Positions 13,124 through 23,534 of a stretch of DNA of 64,000 nucleotides are shown here, one piece after another. This DNA is from an uncultured Gemmatimonadales bacterium (GTDB taxonomy: Bacteria > Gemmatimonadota > Gemmatimonadetes > Gemmatimonadales > GWC2-71-9): the NCBI GenBank assembly GCA_963828735.1, contig CAWHFW010000001.1, positions 165,495 to 229,494 on the forward strand, given 5' to 3'. Both the position numbers and the translations under genes were made by a program. Below the pieces are notes generated by a model. It was not told the DNA's origin and did not search any database. It saw only the letters and a list, made by a program, of their open reading frames with translations. The stretch's first letter is position 1. Each line of letters opens with the position of its first letter.

Positions 13124-13422
13124 GCGGAGACCTCGTGGCCGTGCGTGGGCGGCACGCGGAAGAGGTCTCCCTCCCGGGCGGGGGCGTTCGCGAACACGTC
13201 GTCGAGCGGAAGCGACGGGCGCGGCTCGTCGTCGTCCCAGACGTTGACGAGGTCGAGCGGGTGCGACGTCGGCGGGACGTCGCCCAGGTCGAGCTCGGCA
13301 ACCTTGGAGACGGCGTCCAGGATGGCGCCGAGCTCGGCGGTGAGCCGCTCGACCTCGTCCGGTCGCAGGTCGAGCCGCGCGAGGCGCGCGACGTGCATCA
13401 CCGTCTCCGCGTCGATCGCCAT
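13120..13422 (-). CDS. gatC: Asp/Glu-tRNA amidotransferase subunit C
   Basis: [10 protein letters not shown]...ANAP...FRVP; directly upstream of gatA. Confidence 0.92.
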   Translation of the reverse strand: MAIDAETVMHVARLARLDLRPDEVERLTAELGAILDAVSKVAELDLGDVPPTSHPLDLVNVWDDDEPRPSLPLDDVFANAPAREGDLFRVPPTHGHEVSA

Positions 13423-13453
13423 CCGCTCACATCCTGCCCAAACGCCGTCGCCC

Positions 13454-13507
13454 AGTGGGGTGTCCCGCAACGTTCGACCGGAAATACTCGTTGCGGGACA
13501 CCCCACT
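13454..13507. repeat. Perfect 19-bp inverted repeat (REP-like hairpin)
   Basis: agtggggtgtcccgcaacg (13454-13472) / cgttgcgggacaccccact (13489-13507), 16-nt loop. Confidence 0.85.
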
Positions 13508-13595
13508 CCATGTTGATTGCTGTAGTGCGGCGTCTCACAACGTTAGACGACGGGCCCCAACCGGGGCCCGCCGACGAAGCTCGAATCCGGTAGCT

Positions 13596-13799
13596 CTAAA
13601 CTGCCGTGACGTTCGCCGCCTGGGCGCCCTTGGGGCCCTGGACGACCTCGAACTCCACCTTCTGTCCCTCCGTGAGGGACTTGTAACCGTCCATGGTGAT
13701 GGCCGAGAAGTGCACGAACACGTCCTCGCCGCCCTCGCGCTCGATGAACCCGAAGCCCTTCTCGTTCGAAAACCACTTGACGGTGCCAGTCTCTGACAA
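13596..13799 (-). CDS. Cold-shock protein
   Basis: GTVKWF..EKGFGFI...DVFVHFSAI. Confidence 0.95.
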   Translation of the reverse strand: MSETGTVKWFSNEKGFGFIEREGGEDVFVHFSAITMDGYKSLTEGQKVEFEVVQGPKGAQAANVTAV

Positions 13800-13874
13800 C
13801 GAACGTCCTCCTGAAACGAGTACAGCCCCACCGATGAAGCCATACGACTGAACGAAGCGGCGAGAACGGTACCG

Positions 13875-14729
13875 TCAGGAACCGGGGAATGCAAGCAGTC
13901 CGCGGCGATACCGGGCGGCCTTCAGCGTCGAGACGAGGAGCATCGCGATCGTCATCGGACCGGTGCCGCCGGGCATCGGCGTGAGATAGCCGGCGACCTC
14001 CTCCACGCCGGGGTCGATGTCGCCTCGGATACGCCCGTCCGTGCGCGTCAGGCCGACGTCGAGGCAGGCGGCGCCCGGCTTGACCATGTCGGCCGTGACG
14101 ATCCCGGGCCGGCCGACCGCGGCGACGACGATGTCGGCACGGCGGACGTGCGACGCGAGATCGGCGGTCCTCGAATGGCACACGGTCACGGTTGCGTGGG
14201 CGTGCAGCAGCAGCATGGCCATCGGCCTTCCCACGATCTCGCTGCGGCCGATCACGACGGCCTCCTTGCCTACCGGATGGACGTCGTAGGCCCGCAGGAG
14301 CTCCATGCACCCCGCCGGTGTGGCCGGCACGTGGATCGGCGTCCCGAGGTAGAGGTTGCCCGCGTTGACGGGGTGGAAGCCGTCGACGTCCTTCGCAGGT
14401 GAGACCGAATAGGTCACCTTCGTCTCGTCGATGTGCGACGGGAGCGGCAGCTGCACGAGAATCCCGTCGACGTCGGGGTCGGAGTTCAGGCTCGCGATGA
14501 GGGCGAGCACCTCCTCCTCGCTCGCCTCCGCGGGGAGCCGGATGTCGCGCGCGTCGATGCCCGCCTCGGTCGCGGCCCTCTGCTTTGAGCTGATGTAGAC
14601 GTGCGACGCCGGATCGTCCCCGACGAGGACCGTCGAGAGGCCGACGTGACCGAGCTCCGGAATCTCGCGTGCGACGTCGACGCGGATTCGCGCGGCGAGC
14701 TCCTTCCCGTCCATGCGCACGGCCGTCAT
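13875..14729 (-). CDS. folD: Bifunctional methylenetetrahydrofolate dehydrogenase/cyclohydrolase
   Basis: DGILVQLPLP, KDVDGFHP, GRSEIVGRP, PGGTGPMT. Confidence 0.95.
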   Translation of the reverse strand: MTAVRMDGKELAARIRVDVAREIPELGHVGLSTVLVGDDPASHVYISSKQRAATEAGIDARDIRLPAEASEEEVLALIASLNSDPDVDGILVQLPLPSHIDETKVTYSVSPAKDVDGFHPVNAGNLYLGTPIHVPATPAGCMELLRAYDVHPVGKEAVVIGRSEIVGRPMAMLLLHAHATVTVCHSRTADLASHVRRADIVVAAVGRPGIVTADMVKPGAACLDVGLTRTDGRIRGDIDPGVEEVAGYLTPMPGGTGPMTIAMLLVSTLKAARYRRGLLAFPGS

Positions 14730-14802
14730 CGCCTGCGACTCTACGCGACCCGACCGTCCCGGCGAGCCGCAACCGGACGCACGTGCCGAGATCTACCCTG
14801 GC

Positions 14803-15708
14803 GTGGTGTCGAGGCTCTCCCGGAACGACCTGCAGACCGCTGCCCGCGTGGGCGCCCTGGCCTTCGTCCTGCTCTGGCTGCTGTCGGGCGGCCTCCAGGC
14901 AGTCATCCCCTTCTGGCTGCCCTTCGCGATCCTCGCCGCAACCGAGATCGAGTTTGTCGTGGGAGGGATCCGGGAGCGGCGCCGCGGCGCACCGGAGCGG
15001 CCTGCGTCCCGGCGGCTCCCGGGGGCCGCCGATGCCGACCTCGGCTGGGTGGAGACGGTCGACGAGGAGGGGGAGCCGGTTTTCGTGCCCGCGCCGCCAC
15101 GCCCGGCGCGGCGCTCCCGCGTGCCTCTGGTCCTCGTGATCGTCGCCGGCCTGGCCCTGTTTGCCTACGCCTACCGGGTCGATCAGCAGTCTGGCTGGAC
15201 GTCCGTCGCGGCTCCCGACCGGGCGCGGGCAGAACGGCGCTTCACGGCCGAGGCGGGCCGCATCGCCGGACGGCCCGTGCGGGTCGTGTGCGACGAGAGC
15301 TACACGTACACCGGCGTCGGCTCCGACGCAGCCGGGGTCGCGTTCATCCCCCGAGGTCTTGCCTACCTGGAGCCGACGGTGTGCCGCTCGCTCTACAGAG
15401 TGGCGTTCGAGCACGAGGTCGGCTCACGCGACGAGGCGGCGTTCGCCATCACCGTGCTCGCCCACGAGGCGACGCACCTGCGCGGGATCCGCAACGAGGC
15501 GGAGACGGAGTGCGCGGCGCTGCAGGAGGGCGTCCGCCTGGGTGAGCGCCTCGGCCTCGACTCGGCCGCGGCGCGGGCGCTGATGCGCTTCCAGCGCGAT
15601 CGCGACCTCTCGGACGCAAGCATCGCCCGCCTCGACTACCGCCTGCCGGCCGAGTGCCGCAACGGCGGGGCGCTCGACCTGCGCCCGGACGACCCGTCCT
15701 TCCCGTAG
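14803..15708 (+). CDS. Membrane-anchored putative zinc metalloprotease-like protein
   Basis: Hydrophobic segments, then LAHEATH (HExxH) and NEAETEC; start moved to GTG 14803 to avoid overlap with folD. Confidence 0.65.
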   Translation: MVSRLSRNDLQTAARVGALAFVLLWLLSGGLQAVIPFWLPFAILAATEIEFVVGGIRERRRGAPERPASRRLPGAADADLGWVETVDEEGEPVFVPAPPRPARRSRVPLVLVIVAGLALFAYAYRVDQQSGWTSVAAPDRARAERRFTAEAGRIAGRPVRVVCDESYTYTGVGSDAAGVAFIPRGLAYLEPTVCRSLYRVAFEHEVGSRDEAAFAITVLAHEATHLRGIRNEAETECAALQEGVRLGERLGLDSAAARALMRFQRDRDLSDASIARLDYRLPAECRNGGALDLRPDDPSFP

Positions 15709-15726
15709 GCAGCGCGGTGCGAGGCG

Positions 15727-16440
15727 TCAGCCCCGCTCCAGGTTCTCCTCCAGCCGCTTTCGCACGAGCGAGACGCTGGCACCGCCGCCATGGTCGCCGA
15801 GCACGGCCGCTGCGAGGCCGTTCGCCTCGACGACGAGCCGCTCCCGCTCGTTCTCGAGGCCGCCGCGGACGACGAACAGCCCGGCATGGGCTCGAGCTGC
15901 CCATTCCTCGATCTCGGCCAGGGACGCCCCCGGCTCGGACCTCCCGGACGCGGAAAGACGCGGCTCCTCCGCCACGGCTCGTGCGACGCTGCGCGCCTCG
16001 ACCGCCAGGCCCTCTGCCTCCGACTGCAGCACGGCCTCCTCGCGGACGGCGTCCTCGAGCCGCGACCGCGTCCGCATCACCGCGCTCGTGGCATCCGCCG
16101 CGACGATCTCGGCGCGCAGCGCGGCCCGTTCGACCTGCTCCTTCGCATCCGCGCCCGCGCGCCGCGACCGGCGGAGCTCCTCCTCGCGCCGCTCGACCTC
16201 GGCGAGCTCCAGCAGCGCGTCGGCCTCGCGGACGCGCGCGTCGCGCTCGTCCTCCTCGGCGTGCCTGATCTCGGCGGGGATCTCTGCCAGCCGCTCGCGC
16301 GTGCAAGTTGCGCGCCTCCTCACGCCATCGACGTCGCGGAGCAACGCCGAGACGCCGTCGATCCGGGCGGCCACGTCGAGATCGCGCCGCTCCAGCTCGC
16401 GGGCGAGCTCGATGTGGCCGGCGGCGCGGGAGTCGGTCAT
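15727..16440 (-). CDS. Hypothetical coiled-coil protein
   Basis: E/R/A-rich helical ORF from ATG 16440. Confidence 0.65.
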   Translation of the reverse strand: MTDSRAAGHIELARELERRDLDVAARIDGVSALLRDVDGVRRRATCTRERLAEIPAEIRHAEEDERDARVREADALLELAEVERREEELRRSRRAGADAKEQVERAALRAEIVAADATSAVMRTRSRLEDAVREEAVLQSEAEGLAVEARSVARAVAEEPRLSASGRSEPGASLAEIEEWAARAHAGLFVVRGGLENERERLVVEANGLAAAVLGDHGGGASVSLVRKRLEENLERG

Positions 16441-16505
16441 GGCTCCAGTATCCCCCAACCGGGACGTTCGGCCGCGTGCATCCACCCGGCCTCGGGGCGA
16501 ACCGG

Positions 16506-17069
16506 CTAGCCGTAGCCGCCCCCTCCGCCGTCGCGGTCGCGGTCGCCGCTGCCGCCGCTGCTGCCGGTCGGCGTCGTCGACGTGCCCGGCTGCGGCGAGG
16601 TCCCGGCCGTGGCGTCGTGCTCGCCGACGAGCTTCAGCTGCCCTCGGATCTCGCCGGCCGCGTTCTTCGGGGTGTGGACATTGACGTACACGCCCTCCCG
16701 CTCGAACAGGTCGGCGGCATCCTTCGAGATCTTCACCTGCCCGGTCTGGCCCGACCTGCAGGGACCGCACAACGGGACGAGCACGGCGCCGGCGACGCCC
16801 GCCTTGCCCTTGTGCACGTGCGCGGCGATCGCCTTTCCGGTGAGCCCCGAGAAGGTGAGCTTCCACTTGAGGAGGCGGGCCGACCCGTTCTCGGTCACCG
16901 TGGCCGCAAACGCGCCCTTCGCTGCGGCCGCCCCCTTCGGCTTCGGCACCTCGACTCCCGCTCCGAGCGACGCCTTGTACGTGTAGATCGAGCCCGCCGA
17001 CGCCGTGGTGACGGCCACGACCACGACAATTGCGAGTACGACTCCGACGAGCATGGCGATCTTCGACAT
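16506..17069 (-). CDS. Secreted CHRD domain protein
   Basis: Signal peptide; AAHVH.G and YVNVHT..N..GEIRGQL. Confidence 0.88.
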   Translation of the reverse strand: MSKIAMLVGVVLAIVVVVAVTTASAGSIYTYKASLGAGVEVPKPKGAAAAKGAFAATVTENGSARLLKWKLTFSGLTGKAIAAHVHKGKAGVAGAVLVPLCGPCRSGQTGQVKISKDAADLFEREGVYVNVHTPKNAAGEIRGQLKLVGEHDATAGTSPQPGTSTTPTGSSGGSGDRDRDGGGGGYG

Positions 17070-17143
17070 GAGGCGGCTCCTCCCGGTTCGATGTGCGCTC
17101 CCCCGTGACTACGGGGGTGCGGTGGAACCGGTTTGGGAGACCC

Positions 17144-17575
17144 TTAGCGAGCGCTGATGTAGTCGGTCAGGTACTGGATCTGGAAGCTCTGGCGCTGGGT
17201 GATGAACTTCACGAGATCCCCGATCGAGATCATCCCGACGAGCTCGCCGTCCTCGACCACCGGTGCGTGGCGGATGCGGCGGTCCGTCATCAGCGCCATG
17301 CCCTCGTCCACTGTCGTCTCGGGCGTGAAGATGATGACCGGCGACGACATCACCTCGCGCACGAACGTGAAGCGCGAACGGCGGCCCTCGACCGCGATCC
17401 GGCGCAGGTAGTCGCGCTCCGTGAAGATCCCCTCGATCTCGGTGCCGTTCGTGACGAGCACCGCGCCGACGTTCGCCTCGACCATCACCTTGACGGCGTC
17501 GAAGACGGTCGCCCCGCCGTCGATCCGGATCACGTCGCCGCTCTTCTCTTGCAGGATCTCGGAGACGCTCGCCAT
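17144..17575 (-). CDS. CBS domain protein
   Basis: GIFTERDY, RIRHAPVV, GMISIGDLVK. Confidence 0.9.
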   Translation of the reverse strand: MASVSEILQEKSGDVIRIDGGATVFDAVKVMVEANVGAVLVTNGTEIEGIFTERDYLRRIAVEGRRSRFTFVREVMSSPVIIFTPETTVDEGMALMTDRRIRHAPVVEDGELVGMISIGDLVKFITQRQSFQIQYLTDYISAR

Positions 17576-17665
17576 CGCCTTCGAATTGTCCAGCCCTACG
17601 GCCGCATCTGTCAAGGCGCGCAGAGCGTGGATGTCCGCGTGGCCGCGGCTAGGATGCGCGAGTCG

Positions 17666-17736
17666 GGCGACGTGGCCGAGTGGTTAGGCAGAGGCCTGCA
17701 AAGCCTCGTACACCAGTTCGAATCTGGTCGTCGCCT
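17666..17736 (+). tRNA. tRNA-Cys(GCA)
   Basis: Acceptor GGCGACG/CGTCGCC, anticodon arm gaggc-ctGCAaa-gcctc, T-arm GTTCGAATC. Confidence 0.95.
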
Positions 17737-17815
17737 TCGGCGAGACTACAGCCTCTCTCCTCGGGTCGGCATGTTGTACCGAGGTGGCGTCAGGGCGTCG
17801 CTCTACGCTTCCGGC

Positions 17816-17998
17816 ATGACCCCGCATGCGACTCCGGCACCGCCGCCTCATCCGCCCGCCGCGGCACGGGCCGAGCCGTGCTGGCGCTGCGGGGCCGCGC
17901 TGGAGTGGCGCCACGCAACGCTCCAGTGCCCGCGCTGTCACTTCAAGATCGGCTGCTGCGAAGGGCCGACGGCCGATTGCTCGCCGCAGGATCGCTAG
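17816..17998 (+). CDS. Small zinc-finger protein
   Basis: CWRCG...CPRC...GCCEG in 60 aa. Confidence 0.6.
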   Translation: MTPHATPAPPPHPPAAARAEPCWRCGAALEWRHATLQCPRCHFKIGCCEGPTADCSPQDR

Positions 17999-18008
17999 CC
18001 TCAGCGGG

Positions 18009-18527
18009 ATGCCGAACGGCGTCAACATTCGCCGCGTCTACGCCGACGAGTGGCGGCGATGGCGCGAAACGCGTCTGCGGATGCTGCGCGACGACGCGGA
18101 CTTCTTCTCCACTCGGTACGAGGACATGGTCCGCGAGCCGGACCGCACGTGGCGCGAGTGGGTCGCCGGGGCCGCAGAGGGAGACCAGAAGACACTGTTC
18201 GCGGCCGAGGAGAACGGGAGCTGGCTCGGCGTGGTGGGAGGATTCGCGCGCATCGACCCGAGCGAGGTCCAGCTGATCTCGATGTGGGTCGACCCACAGG
18301 CGCGGGGCCGCGGGATCGCGCGCGACCTGATCAGGGCGCTCGCCCGGTGGACGAAAGAGCGTGGCTCGACGCGGGTCGTGCTGTTCGTCCAGGAGGCCAA
18401 CGAGCCCGCACAGCACCTGTATGCGCACGCCGGGTTTCGCGCCACGGGCGACCGGGCACCCGCCACTGCCGGACGCAGCGCCTTCAAGCTCGTGCTCGCG
18501 GCGTCCGTCCAGGAGCTACTCGCGTAA
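18009..18527 (+). CDS. GNAT family N-acetyltransferase
   Basis: SMWVDPQARGRGIA, NEPAQHLYAHAGF. Confidence 0.88.
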   Translation: MPNGVNIRRVYADEWRRWRETRLRMLRDDADFFSTRYEDMVREPDRTWREWVAGAAEGDQKTLFAAEENGSWLGVVGGFARIDPSEVQLISMWVDPQARGRGIARDLIRALARWTKERGSTRVVLFVQEANEPAQHLYAHAGFRATGDRAPATAGRSAFKLVLAASVQELLA

Positions 18528-18537
18528 CGTCCAGCCG

Positions 18538-19320
18538 ATGACTCCGTCCGCCCTCTTCGACCTTTCCGGCCGCTGTGCGGTCATCACCGGGGCGTCGAGC
18601 GGCATCGGCCGGGCCATCGCGATTGCGCTCGCGGAGACCGGAGCGGACATCGTCGGGCTCTCGCTCGACGACGGCGCCGAGACCGGGGCGGCAATCGAGG
18701 CCCGCGGGCCCAGGTCACTCCAGCTCGTGGGGGACACGAGCCTTCCCAGCGACCTCGAACGAGCCGGGGATGCAGCGCTGGAGGCGTTCGGGCGGCTCGA
18801 CGTCTGGGTGAACAACGCGGCCCGCCCGCTCGTGAAGCCCTTTCTCGACACGACCGAGGACGAGTGGCGCGACCTGCTGTCGGTCAACCTGTTCGGCTAC
18901 GTGTGGGGCTGCCGGTCCGCCGCGCGCCGCATGGTCGCCGCCGGTGGAGGGCGCATCCTCAATGTCAGCTCGGCCGCGGACGTGCAGCCGCTCGCAGAGC
19001 TCTCGGCGTACATCACCGCAAAGGGCGGCATCGTCGGGCTGACGAGGACGCTCGCCGTCGAGCTGGCGCCACACGGGATCACGGTCAACGCCATCGCACC
19101 CGGCGCGACGGACACTCCACTGAACGCCACGTCATACACGCCCGAGGTGCGCAAGGCCTACGAGAAGCGGATCTCGCTCGGCCACATCGCCGACCCGGCG
19201 GAGATCGGGGACGCGGCGGTGTTCCTGGCGAGCGACGCCTCGCGCTACGTCACGGGACACGAGCTGCTGGTGGACGGTGGGCTCACGATCAACGGCTCGG
19301 TCGGGCACGCCCGCACCTGA
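18538..19320 (+). CDS. SDR family oxidoreductase
   Basis: TGASSGIG, NNAA, YITAK, VNAIAPG. Confidence 0.92.
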   Translation: MTPSALFDLSGRCAVITGASSGIGRAIAIALAETGADIVGLSLDDGAETGAAIEARGPRSLQLVGDTSLPSDLERAGDAALEAFGRLDVWVNNAARPLVKPFLDTTEDEWRDLLSVNLFGYVWGCRSAARRMVAAGGGRILNVSSAADVQPLAELSAYITAKGGIVGLTRTLAVELAPHGITVNAIAPGATDTPLNATSYTPEVRKAYEKRISLGHIADPAEIGDAAVFLASDASRYVTGHELLVDGGLTINGSVGHART

Positions 19321-19330
19321 GGACTCGACG

Positions 19331-20266
19331 ATGATCTCCCCGGACAGGATCTCGAACGCAGACCAGATCGCGAGCGCGATCACGTCCGTCGTCGCCGACG
19401 GGCCGGCGGCGGGATCCCGCGCCGTCGACATCCACGTCTGGGGCGGCATCGACCTGCGGCTTCTCCCTGATCGCGGCCTCGACATCGGTGGCGCCTGGTT
19501 CCGGGGAATCCCGCTCGCCTGGATCTCGCAGACGGGCGAGCAGTCGCCTCCGGCCCCGGAGAGCCTCGTCGACGACATCGCCTGGGGAGCAGCCTGGGGC
19601 GGCGGCCTCGTCACGACCTGCGGCCTCTCGAACGTCGGCCGGGCCTCGGAGGGCCAGGGACTGCACGGGACCTACACTTCACGCCCGGCCGTCGACCTTC
19701 ACGTGGAGCGCACGACCGCGGACGTCACGGCCACCGCGACGGTCGACGACCCGCCGTTCCGGCTCGCCCGCCGCGTCGCCACGACCGCGACCGAGGGGCT
19801 CGTCAGGATCGACGACCGCACGGTCAACGTCTCGGAGTGGACCGCCGCCGCGCCGCTTCTCTACCACGTCAACATCGGTGCGCCGCTGTGGGACGGAGAC
19901 GCCTACCTCGAGACCGACGCGGAGGAGGTCGTCCCGCGCGACGACGACGCGGCGGCCGGCATCGGCACCTGGGACGCGCCGCCGGAGCCCGGCACGGGTG
20001 CGCCGGAGCGGGTCTTCGAGCACGTCGGCGGCTCCTGGGCCCGGCTCACCAGCCCGCGCCTCCGCATCGAGCTCACGGTGCAGTCGTCGCTGCCGCGGCT
20101 CTGGCAGTGGGTCCACCCCGCGACCGGCACCTACGCGCTCGCGGTCGAGCCGTCCAACTGTTCCGTGCTCGGCCGCGCGCACGACATCGCAGACGGCCGG
20201 ATGCCCTTCCTCGACCCGGGTGAGGCCCGAACGTCGTGGCTCACGATCGAGGCTCGCGAGATCTGA
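19331..20266 (+). CDS. DUF4432 / aldose-1-epimerase-like protein
   Basis: LPDRGLDI, GLVTTCGL, LHG, YHVNIG, YALAVEP. Confidence 0.8.
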   Translation: MISPDRISNADQIASAITSVVADGPAAGSRAVDIHVWGGIDLRLLPDRGLDIGGAWFRGIPLAWISQTGEQSPPAPESLVDDIAWGAAWGGGLVTTCGLSNVGRASEGQGLHGTYTSRPAVDLHVERTTADVTATATVDDPPFRLARRVATTATEGLVRIDDRTVNVSEWTAAAPLLYHVNIGAPLWDGDAYLETDAEEVVPRDDDAAAGIGTWDAPPEPGTGAPERVFEHVGGSWARLTSPRLRIELTVQSSLPRLWQWVHPATGTYALAVEPSNCSVLGRAHDIADGRMPFLDPGEARTSWLTIEAREI

Positions 20267-20269
20267 CGC

Positions 20270-20533
20270 TCAGTGCTTGCGGTGGCGGGCCTGGGCTCGC
20301 CGGTTCTGCTCCTGGGGCGCCGGCCGCAGCATGAAGTACAGGACGGAGCCGATGATCGGCACCACGAGGATGCCGACGAGCCAGAGGAGCTTCGCTCCGA
20401 TTCCGAGATCGCGCCGACCGACGAGGCTCACGATCGCGTAGCCCCACAGGATCACGACCGGGATGATGAAGACGATCAGGAGGATCCACTGCGCGCCGCT
20501 CAGGGCGAGGAACGGAGTGGCCGAGGCGAGCAT
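20270..20533 (-). CDS. PLDc N-terminal domain-like small membrane protein
   Basis: Two TM segments with KLLW...PIIGSVLY. Confidence 0.75.
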   Translation of the reverse strand: MLASATPFLALSGAQWILLIVFIIPVVILWGYAIVSLVGRRDLGIGAKLLWLVGILVVPIIGSVLYFMLRPAPQEQNRRAQARHRKH

Positions 20534-20802
20534 GCGGGCGAGCCTATCGCATCGACATGGGCGGATCGCTACCGTCCCACTGCCGTGACCGCTCCGCACC
20601 CCCTGCCCTCGCCGGCCCGCCGGTGAGAAGCACACGCCGAGCGCGCCGGCACCGCACACGGCTCTGGTTCGCCTTCTACACCCTCGTCCTGCTCGCGATC
20701 GTCGTCTTCCTTGTCGCGAGCAATGAGTGGTCGGTCGCGGCCACGACACTCGCGATCGCCGTCGTGTTCGCCTTCATCACCCGCTGGTTCCTCCGTCGCC
20801 GC

Positions 20803-22190
20803 TCACGTCCCGTAGCGTGGTGTAGGAGCGCGTCGGACGGAGCCGGGGTAGTCCGGCCACCGTGGCGCTCAGACTCGTCGGGTCCTGCCAAGGACGACGA
20901 CGAGAGGAGAGTCACCACGATGGCCGAGACGAAGAGGATGACGGCTGAGCAGGTCGTCGGCTACCTGCTGGAGGGGGAGGGGCTCGATTTCCTGCGCGAG
21001 TCGCTGAGCTGGGTGGTGCAGCAGCTGATGGAGGCGGAGGTGTCGGAGCTGATCGGCGCCGGGCGCGGCGAGCGCGCGCCGGAGGAGCGGCTGACGCACC
21101 GCAACGGCTACCGGGCGCGGCCGTGGGCGACGCGGGCGGGCGAGCTCGAGCTGGCGATCCCGAAGCTCCGCCGCGGCAGCTACTTCCCGAGCTTCCTCGA
21201 GCCGCGCCGGCGGTCGCGAGCAGGCGCTCGTGTCGGTGGTGCAGGAGGCCTACGTCGCCGGCGTCTCGACGCGCAAGGTCGACCAGGTGGTCGAGTCGCT
21301 CGGGCTGCGGATCTCCAAGAGCGAGGTCTCGCGGATCTGCGCCGGCCTCGACGAGCAGGTCGACGCGTTCCGCAACCGGCCGCTCGAGGGCCGCTACCCG
21401 TACCTGTGGCTCGACGCGAAGGTCGAGAAGGTCCGCGACGGCGGCCGCGTCGTCCGCAAGGCGCTGGTGCTCGCCTACGGCGTGCACGAGTCCGGCTACC
21501 GCGAGGTGATCGGGCTCGACGTCGGCGAGGCCGAGACCGAGGCGTTCTGGCGCAGCTTCCTCCGCGGCCTCGTCGAGCGCGGCCTCACCGGCGTGCAGCT
21601 GGTCGTCTCCGACGCGCACGCCGGGCTGAAGAAGGCGATCGCGCAGGTGCTCGGCTGCCCCTGGCAGCGCTGCAGCGTCCACTTCCTGCGCGAGGCGCTC
21701 GGCCACGCCCGCCGCGAGCAGCAGCCGATGCTGGCCGCGCTGCTCCGGCCGATCTTCAACGCCGACGACGGCGAGCAGGCACGCGAGCTCGTCGGCGACG
21801 CGCTCGAGCGGCTGCGAGAAGCCGCTGCCGAAGATCGCCGAGCTGCTCGAAGAGGCCGAGGAGGACCTGCTCGCCTTCTACGCCTTCCCCGCCGACCACT
21901 GGCCGAAGCTGCGCTCGACCAACCCGCTCGAGCGCGTCAACCGCGAGATCGGCCGCCGCACCGACGTCGTCGGCATCTTCCCCAACGACCGCTCGCTGAT
22001 CCGGCTCGCCGCCAGCGTCGTGATCGAACAGAACGACGAATGGCTCGTCGGCCGCCGCTACCTCAGCCACCACTCGCTCGACGCGCTCCTCGACCGATGA
22101 CAAGAAAGACAACGACAGAAGAGGAGACACCCGAGCTCACCGCGGCCTGAGCAGCCCGATCAAGCCGACGAGTTACACCACGTCCTGGGA
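20803..22190 (+). mobile_element. IS256-family insertion sequence
   Basis: Imperfect terminal inverted repeats tcccgtagcgtggtgta / tacaccacgtcctggga around the transposase; exact ends approximate. Confidence 0.85.
20920..22150 (+). CDS. IS256 transposase (frameshifted)
   Basis: RNGYR, IPKLRRGSYFPSFLE, YLWLDA, VSDAHAGL, WQRCSVHF, STNPLER, split over several frames. Confidence 0.9.
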
Positions 22191-22292
22191 GAGGCTCTCC
22201 CGGACTCGTCGGAAAGAAAGGTGTCCCAAAGTGCGGGCAGTGCACTCCGAATGGGTTGGTAACCCCGCACCCGAGTGGAATAGGGTGCTCTG

Positions 22293-22550
22293 ATGGTCGA
22301 CCGGTTGGACGAGGAGCGACTCGAGATCCTCAGGACCTGGGGGGCGGGCCTCTCCTCCGACCACCGAGAGGAGCTGCGGGCGGCCGGGAAGGCGATCACG
22401 GTGCTGATCGAGGAGATCGACAGGCTGCAGGTCGACCTCTGGAACGCGCGGGCCGAGAGTCGGCCGGCGCCCCAACCGGAGCCCGCGCCGCCGGCAACGC
22501 AAGGGTCGGCGCTGCGCGACCGGCTCACGCGCATGCCGCGACCGATCTGA
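22293..22550 (+). CDS. Hypothetical protein
   Basis: 85-aa ORF with normal codon pattern, converging on the NHase operon. Confidence 0.55.
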   Translation: MVDRLDEERLEILRTWGAGLSSDHREELRAAGKAITVLIEEIDRLQVDLWNARAESRPAPQPEPAPPATQGSALRDRLTRMPRPI

Positions 22551-22556
22551 CGGCCC

Positions 22557-22904
22557 TCAGCCGGGCTGGTTGTCGTGATCGTGCGCCCAGTCGTGCGCGA
22601 TCTCGGCGGCGCGCTCGGCGAGCTCACCGGCCGAGACGAGCCCGCAATCGAGCAGGACGTCCTGCAGCGCGTCGAGCCAGTGCTCGTAGTAGCCGCCTTC
22701 GCCGGCGTCGGCCCCATCCTCGCGCGAGTGGCTCGCGATCTCGGCGATCAGGCGCTCCCGGAAGATTTCGAAGTCCATCTTCCCCGCGTCGTGCAATGCG
22801 ACCGCCAGGCCGAACGCACGGCTCTCCCACGGCGCCTCGAAGATGAGCTCCCCGTTCCGTCGCGGGAGCGCCGCCGGCCCTCCCCCACTCGCGATTGCCT
22901 CCAC
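22557..22904 (-). CDS. Nitrile hydratase accessory protein
   Basis: PRRNGELIFEAPWESRAFG, YYEHWLDAL, His-containing tail. Confidence 0.88.
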   Translation of the reverse strand: MEAIASGGGPAALPRRNGELIFEAPWESRAFGLAVALHDAGKMDFEIFRERLIAEIASHSREDGADAGEGGYYEHWLDALQDVLLDCGLVSAGELAERAAEIAHDWAHDHDNQPG

Positions 22905-22916
22905 CGTCGCGAGACG

Positions 22917-23534
22917 TCAAGGGACGCGTCCCGCGGGCTGGAGCGGCAGCCCCGTCCCGACCATGCTGTCCCGGGTCACGAGCGCGGCCAGCTCGTCCTC
23001 GCCGAGCGACTCCGTTCCCTCGGGCCGCAGCGGCAGCACGAGGTACCGCACCTCCGCCGTCGAGTCCCAGACGCGGATCTCGACCTCGGGGTCGAGGCTG
23101 AGGCCGAACTCGGCGAGCACGGCGCGCGGCTCGGCGACGACGCGGGCGCGGTAGGCGGGGCTCTTGTACCAGGAGGGCGGCAAGCCGAGCACGGGCCACG
23201 GGTAGCACGAGCAGAGGGTGCACACGATGACGTTGTGCACCTCGGGCGTGTTCTCGACGACGACCATCGTGTCTCCCTCGAAGCCGCCGTACCCGAGCTC
23301 CGCGATCGCGGCGGTCCCGTTCTGACGGAGCCGTTCGCGGTACGCGTCGTCGAGCCACGCACGCGCGACGACGCGGGCGCCGTTCTGTGGGCCGACATCG
23401 TTCTCGTAGACGTCGACGACCGCGTCGATCGCATCGGTCGAGATGAGGCCCTTCTCGACGAGGAGCGCCTCGAGCGCCGCCGCCCGGACAGCGATGTCGT
23501 CGTGACCGTGGTCGTGGTTGTCGTCGTGGTTCAC
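22917..23534 (-). CDS. nthA: Nitrile hydratase alpha subunit (Co-type)
   Basis: [24 protein letters not shown] start overlaps the beta stop. Confidence 0.93.
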   Translation of the reverse strand: MNHDDNHDHGHDDIAVRAAALEALLVEKGLISTDAIDAVVDVYENDVGPQNGARVVARAWLDDAYRERLRQNGTAAIAELGYGGFEGDTMVVVENTPEVHNVIVCTLCSCYPWPVLGLPPSWYKSPAYRARVVAEPRAVLAEFGLSLDPEVEIRVWDSTAEVRYLVLPLRPEGTESLGEDELAALVTRDSMVGTGLPLQPAGRVP

